From a virus (taxonomy: Duplodnaviria; Caudoviricetes): DNA of 64,000 nt. The stretch lies in IMG/VR virus record IMGVR_UViG_3300035661_000005. The stretch is one strand, 5' to 3'. Position 1 is the stretch's first letter. Each line of letters opens with the position of its first letter. The translations under genes were made by a program, and so were the position numbers. Positions 10,443-20,391 of this stretch are shown piece after piece. A model generated the notes under the pieces. It saw nothing but the letters and a program-made list of their open reading frames with translations. It was not told the DNA's origin and did no database searches.

Positions 10443-11011
10443 TGCCGATCCTCCCCATCTCCCTCACCCAGACTCTCGTCACGAGTCTGGCCGCTGTGGG
10501 AGACGTGGGTACGGGTGCGCCTCAGTTCGCTCGTGGGGTGGCCAACGGAGTCAGCACGTGGGCCGGCAAGGCGATGACTTTCGTGACGGGGGCTGGGACG
10601 ATTGGGACGGGGGTCGTCTCCACGCCGCTCGTGATTCCATCCCAGCTGCTCATCGCGAACATGCTGCCGAGTTTTGCTAGGGCAGGGATCTTGGGCGTCA
10701 TGGCTCAGCCGACGGTCGTTGGCCTGTGCAACGGCCTCGCCCTGGGCTTCTCTCAGGGCGTGATCTTCGCCACAATTCCGGGCGTTGGCTCAGGTGCGGG
10801 GGTCGCGAAGATCACCGGCCCGCTGGTCGTCCCGGAGATGGTCGCAGGTTTTGCCGAGGCTGGAGTCTCCGGCTCTTTCGGGTCTAAGCTCGCTACGGCC
10901 ATCGGGATCGGGCTGCAGCAGGCGTTCGCGGTTTTTTCAATGCCCGTCCCGATTGTAGGCCCCTCTGGTTCGGCCCCGGGTTCGGGGGCGGCTACGGGCA
11001 AGATCGTATGA
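10442..11011 (+). CDS. Hypothetical Gly/Ala-rich hydrophobic virion protein after the spike
   Basis: 189 aa ORF coupled to the spike gene (TGATG). No recognisable PAAR motif. Confidence 0.6.
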   Translation: MPILPISLTQTLVTSLAAVGDVGTGAPQFARGVANGVSTWAGKAMTFVTGAGTIGTGVVSTPLVIPSQLLIANMLPSFARAGILGVMAQPTVVGLCNGLALGFSQGVIFATIPGVGSGAGVAKITGPLVVPEMVAGFAEAGVSGSFGSKLATAIGIGLQQAFAVFSMPVPIVGPSGSAPGSGAATGKIV

Positions 11012-11024
11012 GAGGGAAGATGAC

Positions 11025-14000
11025 ATGGGATTCTCTGCCAAAGGGTACGTCCTGGAGCCCCCGCGTGTAGGTGCGGCCAACTCTCCCTACACGTGCTCTC
11101 CAGCCACGGTGATCCTGAACCAGGCGGCGTACGACGCAGCCTACCCCTCTGGGTCCGAGCCTACGCCCCGGGTCGAGTACTTCGTCCTCGCCATGACGGA
11201 TGGGGCGCTGGTGGACGCGACCTTCGGCTGGTCGAAGAACGAGGTCATCTCCCGCTTCACGTACGATGGCCGCAACCAGCGCTTCAAGCTCCTCGCAGGC
11301 GGCCCGCTGTCAGAGGTCGGGAGGCTCGATTCGTCGAACCCCTCCACGCAGCAGCTGAAGGTCATTCCGCCGACGAGCGCAGCCCTCGCCGCCGCGCCCT
11401 ATCGACTCTCCGTGGGTACCGGGAGCGGGCAGACGTTCAACGTCAACGTCGTCGGTGCCTTCGGGGCGCCCCCGGTCGGGACGGTCGAGGTCAACAGCAG
11501 CACGGGCGCCCTCAATTGGAACGCGGCCGACATCGCCACCTACAACGGCCAGGCGGTTCGCTGGCAGCGGCAGCAGTTCTTCACGGATGATGAGAGCAGC
11601 GGGCGTTTGGGCCTCGTCACGGAGCCTCTCCTCCTAAACCCCCTACCGGCGACGGGCCAGCATCCAATGCTGCGCCTCGGGTATGGCCTCTGGCTTCAGA
11701 CGATCGAGGTTCCCACGGACGCTTCCCTGGCGCCTCTTCCCGCGGCGGGTGCCGTCAAGTGGAGCCGACTCACGGGCCGTCTCGCCTTCAGCGCAGCGGA
11801 CACCGCAACGGGAGAGCCCGTCTACTACGACGGTGTCCTGTTCGCCCGGGACCAGCAGCTACCGCGGCAGTCGCTCAACACGGTGGCATCTCCGTCTACG
11901 ATCTCGGTTCTACCCCCGATCGGTGGCGACCTGATCTTCCGTGTCCCTGGGCATCAATTTGCTTCCTATGTTCGCCTCGACCCCTCAGCCCCGTTCAGCA
12001 GCCCGGGGACGATCGACGTCGTGGAGGTCAGGCCGTCTGGATCGACGGGCAGCGTTCACTTCTCGTCGTTCGATCAAGCGCTCTACGCGAGCTATCCGGT
12101 CGAGGTCATCTTCGGCGACCTCCCCCTCGAACGGGGGATCGGCTTCAGGTTGTTCCGCAGCCTGGTCAACCCGTCCGCTGACCCTGCCTTGAAGGACGTC
12201 TCGGTATTCTACCCCGTCCTGAATGCCACGCTGGCCAGCCCGATCCTTTCAGCACCCCAGGTCTTCCTGCCGGCCCTACCGATCGACGCCGGGGCCTACC
12301 CGGTCACGGTTCATGTGGAGCAGGGGACGGGTACATGGACAGGGCCGCTTCCCAGGCTTGATGGGGCCAGCCCACCGGCGGGAGTCGGTTACGTCATCGA
12401 CTTCGACAAGCAGGTGCTTCAGTTTGCAAATCGGAGGGTCAACGACACCCAGATCGTCCCATCGGCGACGGGTACGATGGCCCTCTCTGCCCCGCTCGTC
12501 CTCGGCACCAACTACGCGTTCGCCGCAGAGGTCGCTCCTGGGTCGGGGGTCTACCGCAGCCTGGTCGTAGGCCAGGACGTCATCCTGGACCCCACGCCGG
12601 GCCTTCTGACGTTCTCAGCGACGTCTGGGGGTATCGTGACGACGGGCCTCTCAGGTTCGTTCAGCGGGACGACCTTCAAGGACACCTCCAACGGGACGCC
12701 CCTCCAGGTCGGGGACTACTTGATCGTGACATCCGGTGCAGCCCGGGGGGTCTACAAGGTTGCCACGGGTGGCGCCCTCAGTGCGGGCGTCCATACGGAT
12801 GTGGCGGGGGTTACGAGCGGCAACCTGGTGTACGAGGTCCGGCGAAATCCCGAGGTCGTGATCGATCGGTACTGGCAGGAGCTGCTCCTGGTCGATCCGA
12901 ACACCGTGGTTTCCCGTATCCGCAAGCTCGGGACGGCAACCGCTCCTGCGACGATCACCAGTGGAACGGGGACCTTTGATGACGACACGACGATGTCGTC
13001 CGGGGTCAACTTCGTCGCTGCGGGTGTTCAGGCGGGGGACACCCTGCAGATGACGACCGGCCCGGATGCGGGGAGCTTCCGGACGATCACCGTCGTTGAT
13101 GCGCATCTGGTGCAGGTCGCAACGCCCTTCACCTCGTACGCAGGGGCGAGCTTCCAGATCATTCGGCGTCTACGGCTTCCCACCATGACCGGGATGCACG
13201 CCGTCCGCCTCGGGCAGAGCTTCTCTACGCCCCTGCTCCCCGTCAACACGGACGCGGACTTCGGTGTGCTGGCGCCAGGGATGGTCCAGGTCAGCCTGGC
13301 TACGGGCAACCTGAACTTCAGCACCAGCGATTTCGGGCAACAAGTCTACTCGGTTCAGAACCTCACGCAGGGGCGGGACTACAAGCTCCAGCCGGCCCTG
13401 GGCTTCATCGAATTCACCGAGCGCTTCATGGCGGGGGACGAGGGGCTCGTCACTTACATCCCGGTCGACTCGTCAGGGAACGTCGGCACGATCACGCAGG
13501 AGCGCCTGACCTTCTTGGTCCGCAAGGAGGTTACCCAGCCGTACCCGCGTCCGGCGATCACCTCGACCGTCTACTTCAATCCGCTCGGGCGTACGGTGGC
13601 CAGCAACCCGGCACCGGAGGTCTTCCGTGGCGGGCGTCCGCAGACGATCCCCACCCAGTGCGTGGTCAATGTGACCACCTCGGCGGTCATCTTCGAGCCC
13701 GACACCGTGCCGATGACTGATGCCCTGCCACACGGGGCGGGCCTTGGAACGGACGAACGCGTCTACGTGGACTATTACGTATACGAGGCCATCGGCGGGG
13801 AGAAGAGCGTCAACCTGCTCAACGCGATGCAGGTCTCGAACGTCAGCATCGTCGGTGGCTCCCCGACGCTCACCCTGGCTGGCAACCAGACGGGGATCAT
13901 CAAGGCGGGCCAGCTACTTCGGATCGAGCACCAGGAGGCGTACAGCATCGCCTCCTCGGTCTTCCTCTCCGGCACCAACGAGACCTTGGTGACGCTCGCT

Positions 14001-17000
14001 CCCGGGGCGACGTTCTCGGACGACTTCACCAATCCGAAGCTCTACGTGACGTCGGGGACCGTCAGCCCGGCCTACTTCCGCACGGAGACGCAACCCTACC
14101 AGGCGGTTGCTCGGGGGATGAGCATCATCCGGGTCTACGGAGACCGCACGGCTAGCTACCAGTCGGGCACGGTGCTCCGTTTCTCGATCGGCTCGCAGTC
14201 CGATGTCTACTTGGTTTCCGGGTCCAGGCTGAAGGACGGTTGGACCGAAATCACCCTGACGGCCAACACGCGCCAGCAGTACACGTCCCTCACGCACACC
14301 ATACAGGGGAGTGTACGCCCCATCCTAGAGGATGGGGCAACGTCCGCGACGACGAGCAAGACGCCGATCCTGACGGAAGCCTACGGGGTCATCCGCAAGG
14401 CGGAGGGTGCGGTCGGGCAGCTGGTCATGACGGGGCCGCCCACGCCGAAAATCCAGGGGTACAGCCTAGATGCCTCGGGCGTCCTGACCTTCAGCCCGAC
14501 CCTGAGCGGGGCGGAGGAGCTGGTCGTCTACTACACGGGGCACCAGGAGCTGCGTGCGGGAACGACCGTTCGATCGACCTACACCCACGCCATCGTTCCG
14601 GACGCAACCAACGGTATCGCGGGGCAGAACCTCACGATGGATTACACGGTCTTCGGGCCGGATACGTTCATCTTCCGGGTCGAGACGCTCACCAACTTCT
14701 CCGCCGAGGTCATGGCCTACTTCCGGGCCCAGGCGCAGAGCAGCTCGCCCGGCGGCGGGCCGATCACGTCGAACGCGGCCTCGCCCAAGCTCTACGAGCA
14801 GGGCCAGCCCTCGGCCTACTTTTCAGAGGGGCATCTTCACAACCAGGACTGGGTCGCCCAGCTGTATCTGAAGTACGCCAACGACTCTGTGAATCACCTG
14901 GAGGACGTCCTTCAGAGCCTCGATGGCCGCATCGTGGGGGCGGACCAGGGTCGCTTCCGCTACGACGGCAAGTGGGGCAACCCTGCTCGGACGAGCTACT
15001 CAGCGGTGACCAACGAGATCGACGACTCGTTCAAGGTCTCGAACTACCCGTACACGTTCACCTGGCCACCTCTGGCGATCACGTGGGTAGGCACCTACCA
15101 GCAGCTCTATCAGCCGGGGCCGCAGTCGCGGTTCTACCCGACCTTCCGTTCGGCGCTCTTCGGCATCACGACCGCCGGGAGGGACACGGATGCGAATAGC
15201 GGGGACGCGATCTCCGACCTGCGTTGGAAGAACCTGACGGACTTGCCGCCAACCACCCACCGGCGACTCCCCCGTGCCCAGGTGACGAAGCGTGCTGAGG
15301 TGGGCGATGGCACGATCTACGTGGATAATGCGAACGGTACCCAGGATTTGTACCGTCCGGCCTTTGCCGTGGGGATGGCGGTCGTCATCCAGCAGCAGGA
15401 TGGGACGCACGTCGTTCCGGACACTGCACCCCTGACGATCACCGGGGTCCTATCGTCGCCGGAGAGAATCCAGGTCGGAGCGCTCCCCGTAGCCGTTCCG
15501 ATCGGATCCACCGTCTATCTCTGCACGACGGGGGCGACGCCCGACACGGTGTACGCGAAGAACTACCGTACGGGGACCGACATCGCGGTCAACAAGGACG
15601 AGGGGAAGCTCGTCTACATCAAGCCCTACCCACCCCTCGATGGCTCCGTCCCGGCGATTCCCGCTGACTTGCGGATCAAGCCGCCCAACTCGGAGGAATT
15701 CCTCCAGCTCGATGGGGTAGGTGTGCAGAGCCTCGCCAGGGCCCCGTATCGCTTCCCCGCGCTCGATGGCAAGGCGCTGAACGACGTGGGGGACACGGGA
15801 CTCCCCATGCAGATCCGCTCCTACACGTGCGAGCAGGTCTACCTGGAGGCCGAGCAGGAGATCCTGACGACGCTCTTGGCGGCTACGCCCTCGAACGTGG
15901 TCACCGGGGCGTCCCTCGACTTGCTCCTGACGACGATCACGGTTCCGAGCGCGTGGGTGTCCCCCGTCCCGCGGGTCCACGACCTCGTGCGCTTCACGAC
16001 TGGTGTCAACAGCACGGCCGGGTTCCGGCGCATCGTTTCCGTGGGGGCTAGTTCGATCACGGTCGATCATCCATTCCCAGTAGCGACCATCTCCGACAGC
16101 ATCCTGGTGACTGCCAGCCCGGATGTGGCGACGGGCACGGCGACCTTCCCCTCGGCACTTATCCTGGATGACCCCGCGCTGAGCGCTGGGATCGAGGTCG
16201 GGCATACGATCATCCTCACGTCGGGCCTGAACGTCGGGACTCGTAGGCAGGTCGTTCGGCGCTTGTCTACGACGCAGCTCCAGCTTGACCATGCCGTCCC
16301 GTCTCCGATGTTTGGTGGGGCCTACCGGGTCTCGAACCATGTGGCTACGAACAGCACGGCGGAAGGGCTGAGCGTCCAGGGGCGCGGACAGATCAACAAC
16401 ACCTACTTCAACGATCACATCCTGGATCCCAGCGTGGTCGACTCGGAGATCTCGGCGGTCCTTCGCTATCTCGACGGCGACCCTGTGGACGTGTCGAACG
16501 AGGGCGTCCTGACGGACATCCTCTCGCCCGGCACGCAGACCGGGACGGTCTCCGGCAACACGCTGATGGGCAGCACGGACTTCATCGCAGCGGGTGTCTC
16601 GGCTGCGCACTACGTCTACATCCAGACGGGGGCCAGCCGTGGGGTGTACCCGGTCGCTACAGTGACCTCGGCAGTGCAGCTGACGGTGGTCGGTTCGTTC
16701 CCAATCAGTGGGCCGGTCCTGTACCGCATCGTGAGCACGTACAACCTATCGCGGGACGGATTCACCGACCTCTTCAGTATCTACGCAGCGGCCGACGACT
16801 GGACTACCGCCACGATGACCTGGCTCGTGGCGGTGATGGCCAGCATGCCGGTCTACGTGAGTTCGGGTCTGGACCCGAACATCTACGCGAACCCGCTCCT
16901 TACGCCCATGGTGACGAACCGCAAGCTGGCCCTAGATGCGCGGGTCGCTTCGGTGGCTGATCTAGCATCGGGGCCAATCGCCCTTGTGCAGAAGATCCTG

Positions 17001-17168
17001 CAGTCGCGGGAGCGTCTCTACGACAAGAGGTACACGTGGATCGATGGCCGGATCAACCTCGACAAGGGGCTCCGGTTCATGTACGCCCGTGCGCAGCAGA
17101 ACCGCATCGACGCGTTCCAGCAGCAGCTGAACGATCTCACGAAGATGCTGGCAATGGGGGCCTCATGA
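11025..17168 (+). CDS. Large virion structural protein (baseplate/tail, 2047 aa)
   Basis: GAGGGA RBS upstream. Beta-rich Thr/Gly/Val composition, several copies of a GV..GD.L.I..G...G.Y/F.I..V module and a helical C-terminus; lies within the baseplate operon. Confidence 0.65.
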   Translation: MGFSAKGYVLEPPRVGAANSPYTCSPATVILNQAAYDAAYPSGSEPTPRVEYFVLAMTDGALVDATFGWSKNEVISRFTYDGRNQRFKLLAGGPLSEVGRLDSSNPSTQQLKVIPPTSAALAAAPYRLSVGTGSGQTFNVNVVGAFGAPPVGTVEVNSSTGALNWNAADIATYNGQAVRWQRQQFFTDDESSGRLGLVTEPLLLNPLPATGQHPMLRLGYGLWLQTIEVPTDASLAPLPAAGAVKWSRLTGRLAFSAADTATGEPVYYDGVLFARDQQLPRQSLNTVASPSTISVLPPIGGDLIFRVPGHQFASYVRLDPSAPFSSPGTIDVVEVRPSGSTGSVHFSSFDQALYASYPVEVIFGDLPLERGIGFRLFRSLVNPSADPALKDVSVFYPVLNATLASPILSAPQVFLPALPIDAGAYPVTVHVEQGTGTWTGPLPRLDGASPPAGVGYVIDFDKQVLQFANRRVNDTQIVPSATGTMALSAPLVLGTNYAFAAEVAPGSGVYRSLVVGQDVILDPTPGLLTFSATSGGIVTTGLSGSFSGTTFKDTSNGTPLQVGDYLIVTSGAARGVYKVATGGALSAGVHTDVAGVTSGNLVYEVRRNPEVVIDRYWQELLLVDPNTVVSRIRKLGTATAPATITSGTGTFDDDTTMSSGVNFVAAGVQAGDTLQMTTGPDAGSFRTITVVDAHLVQVATPFTSYAGASFQIIRRLRLPTMTGMHAVRLGQSFSTPLLPVNTDADFGVLAPGMVQVSLATGNLNFSTSDFGQQVYSVQNLTQGRDYKLQPALGFIEFTERFMAGDEGLVTYIPVDSSGNVGTITQERLTFLVRKEVTQPYPRPAITSTVYFNPLGRTVASNPAPEVFRGGRPQTIPTQCVVNVTTSAVIFEPDTVPMTDALPHGAGLGTDERVYVDYYVYEAIGGEKSVNLLNAMQVSNVSIVGGSPTLTLAGNQTGIIKAGQLLRIEHQEAYSIASSVFLSGTNETLVTLAPGATFSDDFTNPKLYVTSGTVSPAYFRTETQPYQAVARGMSIIRVYGDRTASYQSGTVLRFSIGSQSDVYLVSGSRLKDGWTEITLTANTRQQYTSLTHTIQGSVRPILEDGATSATTSKTPILTEAYGVIRKAEGAVGQLVMTGPPTPKIQGYSLDASGVLTFSPTLSGAEELVVYYTGHQELRAGTTVRSTYTHAIVPDATNGIAGQNLTMDYTVFGPDTFIFRVETLTNFSAEVMAYFRAQAQSSSPGGGPITSNAASPKLYEQGQPSAYFSEGHLHNQDWVAQLYLKYANDSVNHLEDVLQSLDGRIVGADQGRFRYDGKWGNPARTSYSAVTNEIDDSFKVSNYPYTFTWPPLAITWVGTYQQLYQPGPQSRFYPTFRSALFGITTAGRDTDANSGDAISDLRWKNLTDLPPTTHRRLPRAQVTKRAEVGDGTIYVDNANGTQDLYRPAFAVGMAVVIQQQDGTHVVPDTAPLTITGVLSSPERIQVGALPVAVPIGSTVYLCTTGATPDTVYAKNYRTGTDIAVNKDEGKLVYIKPYPPLDGSVPAIPADLRIKPPNSEEFLQLDGVGVQSLARAPYRFPALDGKALNDVGDTGLPMQIRSYTCEQVYLEAEQEILTTLLAATPSNVVTGASLDLLLTTITVPSAWVSPVPRVHDLVRFTTGVNSTAGFRRIVSVGASSITVDHPFPVATISDSILVTASPDVATGTATFPSALILDDPALSAGIEVGHTIILTSGLNVGTRRQVVRRLSTTQLQLDHAVPSPMFGGAYRVSNHVATNSTAEGLSVQGRGQINNTYFNDHILDPSVVDSEISAVLRYLDGDPVDVSNEGVLTDILSPGTQTGTVSGNTLMGSTDFIAAGVSAAHYVYIQTGASRGVYPVATVTSAVQLTVVGSFPISGPVLYRIVSTYNLSRDGFTDLFSIYAAADDWTTATMTWLVAVMASMPVYVSSGLDPNIYANPLLTPMVTNRKLALDARVASVADLASGPIALVQKILQSRERLYDKRYTWIDGRINLDKGLRFMYARAQQNRIDAFQQQLNDLTKMLAMGAS

Positions 17169-17326
17169 GCGACGAGAAGAAGTCCGAGACGCCTGAATGG
17201 GAATTCCGGAAGGAGTTTCGGATCAGCGAGCAGATGCGTGAGGTGGCCAAGGCTTCCAAGGCGGCGGCTGAGGCGGAGATCGCTCGTCTCCGGCGTAAGC
17301 TAGAGAAGCTGACGTACGGGAGCTGA
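17165..17326 (+). CDS. Small hypothetical protein (53 aa, coiled-coil-like)
   Basis: The ATG overlaps the previous stop (ATGA at 17165). MSDEKKSETPEWEF...LEKLTYGS exactly fills the gap to the next gene. Confidence 0.6.
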   Translation: MSDEKKSETPEWEFRKEFRISEQMREVAKASKAAAEAEIARLRRKLEKLTYGS

Positions 17327-17328
17327 AC

Positions 17329-19620
17329 GTGGCGAACGACTGGAAAGCCCTGGCTGTCACCATCCCCGGGAAGGACTACCTGGAGGACGTCCGGTCTACT
17401 CTGGAGACCCTCCTCACGTACCTGGACGTGGCGAAAGCCATCCTGGAGACGGTCAAGACCTTCCTGGTCGACTTCGGCAACCCCATCCGGGTCCTCGTGG
17501 AGCAGCTCGTCAAGCTGATCACCACGCTCATCGACAGCCTACGGCGCTCGGGCTTCTACGCCTGGTACCACGTCCCGAACCCCCTGCAGGATCCGAACTT
17601 CAAGCGCTTCCAGGGGGGCTTCCCGTCGTTCGTTCAGACGTGGAAGGGATCCCTCCTGGACGCCCAGGATCCGAACCGTCCGCAGCCTCAGAAGGGTTCG
17701 CTGACGGGTGGCTTCGTCATGATTGTGGCGGACGCCCAGGGGCCGGAGGCGCTCTTGGAGCAGGCTCGGACGATCCTGAAGTTCTTCGGGAAGGACTTCA
17801 CGCAGCCGGTATACCCGGCACCGGCCAACGTCAAGGTCGTCCCGGTGGGGGCGGCCGGTGACCCCGTCCTGTCCATCACGCAGCTCTTCAAGACCCAGAT
17901 CGAGTCCCTGGCGGTCGAATGGTCCCTCCCCGCAAACGTAGGGTCGGCGGACCCGTCGTTCGGGGGTCTTCCCGCGCAGCTCAGCTCTGAATTCTATCCG
18001 CCCAAGTGGCTGATCGAGCGCTCGTCCAAACCCCCGGCGGACAACGTCGACGTAGGGTATATCGGCGACTACAACCCGCCCAAGGTCGGCTACCTGACCA
18101 AGGTGGTCAACACCGGGAGCATCGATCCCCGGACGAATAAGCCGATCACGAAGACGGTGCGCATCAACGACGACACGGGCGAGCCGGTCGTCCTCTTCGA
18201 GAACGCGTACGTTGTCAGCGCCTCGTCGAACGCGCTATCCTTCGTCCTCGGGCAACTCGGGACCTTCCGGTACATCGACAAAGTCGACATCGACAAACCC
18301 TACTTCTACAGGGTCCGAGCGTTCAGCGGTACGCTTCGGATGGATGAGATCCACAACCGGGTCGATCTCCGGGAAGCGGACGTTGTGCAGGATGCGCGAC
18401 AGGCGGGCCTTTGGCAGCTCAAGTGGCCAAGCGCGAAAGCCGACTCCGTGGTCACCATGGGGAAACCCTCGGCCATCATCCGTGGGCGCATCTCGAAGGT
18501 GATCCCGACGTTCGACGTCGTCGAGGTCATCCGTTCGACCCTCCTCGCGGCCTACTCGCTCAACTTCCACATCCCGCTACCGCCGGGGGATCCGGTCCGC
18601 ATCCCATCCGGTCCGGATGCGGGGAAGCCCGTCCTCGACCCCGACGGGAACCCCGTCACGCAGCCCCAATTCGACGATAACGGCAACCCGATCCCCCCGT
18701 TGGACGACACGGCGATCGGCCGTGGGACGCTCTCGGCCATCTCCGGTGTCCTCGGGAGCAAGCAGTTCGCTCCCACGGTGACCCTGAATGGCCCGGTGAC
18801 GGGACCGTACGTGCCGAGCGAGGTCACAGGGCGCTACCCAGATCAGCCGTGGGTTGTCTTCAGCACGCGGTTCCAGGCGGCCCGGATGACCACGATGTAC
18901 GCCTCCCTGCTGTTCCAGGCGGGGGGCGGTGTCATCGAGGCGTGGCGAGCGCTCATGCAGGGCACGCTTCCGGCGGGCAAGCCGGAGACTGGTGGGACGC
19001 TCGCGTCGGTGACGACCTTGGAGCAGCTGGTCACGGCGCTCACGGCCACCGAGCCCTACGTGAAGCCGGGGAAAAAGCGGGCGCAGCCGTGGTCGATCCA
19101 GGTGCCCTCAGACACGGCGAAGACCTATGGGACGGCCTTCTACGACCCGATCGTCCGCAAGAACATCCTCGCGGCGGTCAACTTCCTGAAGACGTTGGGC
19201 TACCAAGGTGTCCCGCCCGACTGGGAGCGTGTAACGCTGCTTCAGGACGTGATCCCGTGGTCGGCGCAGATGCTCTACGACATGCTCGCCAAGATCAACG
19301 CGCTCCTCGACGCCTACAAGGGGGTCATGAGCGAGATCAAGGCGTTCATCGATCTCATTACCAGGAAGATCGACGCCCTGGAGAACTTCATCCAGTTCCT
19401 GGTCTCGATCCTCAATTTCGTGGAGTCCCTTGGCGGGGGCTTCTATCTTTTGAGCGTCTCGGGCCTGACGGGCGACGTGAATGACTGGTTCACGGCGATC
19501 GACAACGCCGGAGGGAAGAAGCCCACAAGTGGGCAGGGCGGGTACACGGCGGGTATCTGCATCGCCTACCTGGCGACCGACGTGTCGTCGTTCGAGACGG
19601 CCCTCAAGGCGATCTTTTGA
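17329..19620 (+). CDS. Hypothetical virion protein (763 aa)
   Basis: GTG start, typical codon bias, amphipathic helical N- and C-termini; operon context. Confidence 0.6.
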   Translation: MANDWKALAVTIPGKDYLEDVRSTLETLLTYLDVAKAILETVKTFLVDFGNPIRVLVEQLVKLITTLIDSLRRSGFYAWYHVPNPLQDPNFKRFQGGFPSFVQTWKGSLLDAQDPNRPQPQKGSLTGGFVMIVADAQGPEALLEQARTILKFFGKDFTQPVYPAPANVKVVPVGAAGDPVLSITQLFKTQIESLAVEWSLPANVGSADPSFGGLPAQLSSEFYPPKWLIERSSKPPADNVDVGYIGDYNPPKVGYLTKVVNTGSIDPRTNKPITKTVRINDDTGEPVVLFENAYVVSASSNALSFVLGQLGTFRYIDKVDIDKPYFYRVRAFSGTLRMDEIHNRVDLREADVVQDARQAGLWQLKWPSAKADSVVTMGKPSAIIRGRISKVIPTFDVVEVIRSTLLAAYSLNFHIPLPPGDPVRIPSGPDAGKPVLDPDGNPVTQPQFDDNGNPIPPLDDTAIGRGTLSAISGVLGSKQFAPTVTLNGPVTGPYVPSEVTGRYPDQPWVVFSTRFQAARMTTMYASLLFQAGGGVIEAWRALMQGTLPAGKPETGGTLASVTTLEQLVTALTATEPYVKPGKKRAQPWSIQVPSDTAKTYGTAFYDPIVRKNILAAVNFLKTLGYQGVPPDWERVTLLQDVIPWSAQMLYDMLAKINALLDAYKGVMSEIKAFIDLITRKIDALENFIQFLVSILNFVESLGGGFYLLSVSGLTGDVNDWFTAIDNAGGKKPTSGQGGYTAGICIAYLATDVSSFETALKAIF

Positions 19621-19638
19621 TGCGGAGGCTCTAGAGCG

Positions 19639-20391
19639 ATGGCCTTCGATTGGCTGGGGACGTTCAACAAGAGCCAGTTCGACCGCTTTGCGGCGTTCGC
19701 GGAGGCTCAGCTTGGCGTTCTGGCTGGGCGCATCCTGCACTTGCAGTACGAGATCCTGCGGGTCGGGAGGCTCTCCTTCAGCTACGATGCGAACGGGACG
19801 CCCAAGGCGTACGACACGGGCGGACCGAACACGTACATCGGCAAGCTCATCGCGGCGTATGAAGTCCTCGGTGGGAATGCCCTCTACGACCTGAACGTCC
19901 GGGACATGGCGCAGGCAGTCTACCTCCTCCCTGCGGGGGAGATGAGTCCGCCGCAGCTGATGTCGAATGGGGAGGTCATGGGGCAGCCGGGCTTGGCGGA
20001 CGGCCCCTCGGCCATGCTCATCCAGCAAGCGAGATCGTGGCTACCCGAGGCTATGGACTACAGGCGAGAGCGTATCGAGCGTCAGATTCGGCGCATGGTC
20101 GACTACGTGGACCAGCTCGAAGCGGAGATGGATCTCCTGGACAAGATGGCGGCCTCGACAACCACGAAGGGGTCGCTCCAGAACATCTTCGCAGCGATCA
20201 ACGACCTCTTCCACGATCCGATCTACCGGACCATCTACGATGACAGGGGGAAGGACCCGCACGGGAAGCTCACCTACGCCCCGTTCAAGCCCTACTCGGA
20301 CGACGGGAAGTCCGAAGATCGGGAGCCGTCCCTCATCTATGGCCGTGACGATGGTGGGGCTACTGTGCCCGGGGAAGGAAGCTCGGTATGA
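19639..20391 (+). CDS. Hypothetical virion protein (250 aa)
   Basis: GGAGG RBS, biased codons, coiled-coil-like C-terminal half; operon context. Confidence 0.6.
   Translation: MAFDWLGTFNKSQFDRFAAFAEAQLGVLAGRILHLQYEILRVGRLSFSYDANGTPKAYDTGGPNTYIGKLIAAYEVLGGNALYDLNVRDMAQAVYLLPAGEMSPPQLMSNGEVMGQPGLADGPSAMLIQQARSWLPEAMDYRRERIERQIRRMVDYVDQLEAEMDLLDKMAASTTTKGSLQNIFAAINDLFHDPIYRTIYDDRGKDPHGKLTYAPFKPYSDDGKSEDREPSLIYGRDDGGATVPGEGSSV

Noticed and set aside
14725-14730. Complete avoidance of GGGCCC
   Set aside because: A site is present here and I did not count the rest reliably enough to claim depletion.
9055-15553. CGGTGTA copies at 9055 and 15547 as promoters
   Set aside because: They are mid-gene Thr-Val-Tyr codons with no downstream start, as expected by chance.
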